Shown: in pieces, positions 34,401 to 34,541 of the stretch
How the letters are laid out: each line of letters starts with the position of its first letter
Numbering within the stretch: position 1 is the first letter of the stretch
Source of the DNA: a virus
Lineage: Duplodnaviria > Caudoviricetes
DNA: 34,541 nucleotides
Strand: one strand, 5' to 3'
IMG/VR virus record: IMGVR_UViG_3300020044_003104
Span: 1 to 34,541 of that record
Notes under the pieces: generated by a model
Told to the model about the DNA's origin: nothing
The model's input: the letters and a program-made list of their open reading frames with translations, nothing else
Databases searched by the model: none
Program-made: the position numbers and the translations under genes

Positions 34401-34539
34401 TGGATAAGGCGCTAAAAAACACATCATCAGCGGTAGTTGGAACGGACGCGCCACCAGCACCGCCAGAGGTAGTTGCCCACTTAGTCCCTGCCGTGCCGTC
34501 CCAAGATGCCGTGCCACCTACCCAATAACGATCAGCCAT
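31474..34539 (-). CDS. 1021-aa Thr/Gly/Asn-rich fibre/adhesin-like virion protein
   Basis: Two tandem ~330-aa beta-rich modules, nine 22-25-aa repeats, a basic linker and a helical C-terminus. Confidence 0.75.
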   Translation of the reverse strand: MADRYWVGGTASWDGTAGTKWATTSGGAGGASVPTTADDVFFSALSTGTCTIATGNTGAKSINCTGFAGTIAGTGAITVAGSVTLVAGMTYTHTGTMTITGTGTLTTAGKSFTNVVVDGSGITLTLGDALNISGRTLTVTQGTFNTANFSVTGVSVSSSNSNVRTISLGSSTLTLSSGSTGIDFTTSTNLTFNAGTSQLNLSSSSATLSGGGQTFYNVSFTNTSAGARQITGANTFNNLTLTANGSGLTQLFIAADQTVSGTFTCAGSSAVARGFVQSNIIGTTRTLTCAAVSANDCDFRDITIAGAAAPISPTRGGDCGGNSGITFPAAKTVYRVGTLTNWNSNAWSDTSGGSANTIYFPLAQDTAVIDNATTLTGTLALGTAFNIGSLDCSTRTTGITLNHNVGVNRYGSYTLGSGITVSGTSTQTFSGRSTMVFTSAGKIITFQITVNAPSGTFRLGDAYTASNQITHTSGTFDAFNYNLICRAFSSSNSNTRTITMGSGLWTISDTGTVWNLATTTSLTFNKDTANILLSNTTTGTRIFAGGSLSYNKLTIGGATGTSTTSLSGTNSFTELASTKTVAHTIRLNANQGTIDTWSITGTVGNVVTVDSNTAGTRRTFNLTNVTSGIDYLSVKDIGVNQANRFYVGVNSTDGGNNLNVIFTAAPSGTQTLIPSLFTNTNTFYLTTITQTGPPQSLLPSLYSNVNTFYAATVTASNTVNPARYDNTNVFYAATVVASNTLTPARYDNTNVFYNATVSTSNTLAPNRYNNTNVFYTPTVTQASGTQTLVPALYTNPNTFYAATVSTSNTIAPARYDNINVFYAPTVAASNTLAPARYDNTNVFYSPIVTIAGGAQTLLPQLYINTNIFYSATVSQPGVQLVGGGGGEDSSSTKAKRTKRKKTGFANERAMLEAALSAKQVAKNVDVLNTSSLAVAKKTARTLDAYLNEKGTSDALQRQLDKLLIQLSVQGSNDQNDNSLNEDLKVAANEIQQFLDDEQEAIEILLLDQENDNALLLMAMGF
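31911..32535 (-). repeat. 9 x 66-75-bp coding tandem repeat (PARYDNTNVFYAATV...)
   Basis: Visible in both protein and DNA. Confidence 0.9.
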
Positions 34540-34541
34540 CT
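34421..34541. repeat. 121-bp direct terminal repeat (right copy)
   Basis: Identical to 1-121. Confidence 0.95.

Overview
The window appears to be a complete, circularly assembled dsDNA podovirus genome of about 34,420 bp: bases 1-121 are repeated exactly at 34421-34541. The virion module is P22-like and on the minus strand: terS-terL-portal-[3-gene fibre cassette]-scaffold-coat-gp4-gp10-needle/fibre-ejection proteins-tailspike-lysis. The early region is lambdoid and divergent, with HTH, DUF1064, HNH, replication initiator/loader and MTase leftward, and ERF, YqaJ exonuclease, NinB, GapR-like and SSB rightward. I recognised no integrase, CI-type repressor, DNA polymerase, tRNA or CRISPR array. 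The GapR/DUF2312-like gene points to an alphaproteobacterial host (inference). Most notable observations: (1) a start-less M15 peptidase domain placed +1 at the end of an ejection gene behind an SD-hairpin-UUU_CGC_UGA signal (candidate recoding); (2) a cupin-SET-domain protein inside the morphogenesis operon, which also encodes four small Lys-rich proteins; (3) a candidate ~50-nt sRNA whose anti-SD loop matches the RBS of the recombination operon at 12/13 nt; (4) twin 51-bp promoters in inverted orientation; (5) a portal C-terminal extension followed by a large repeat-fibre cassette. Family assignments come from motif recognition by eye, not from database searches.
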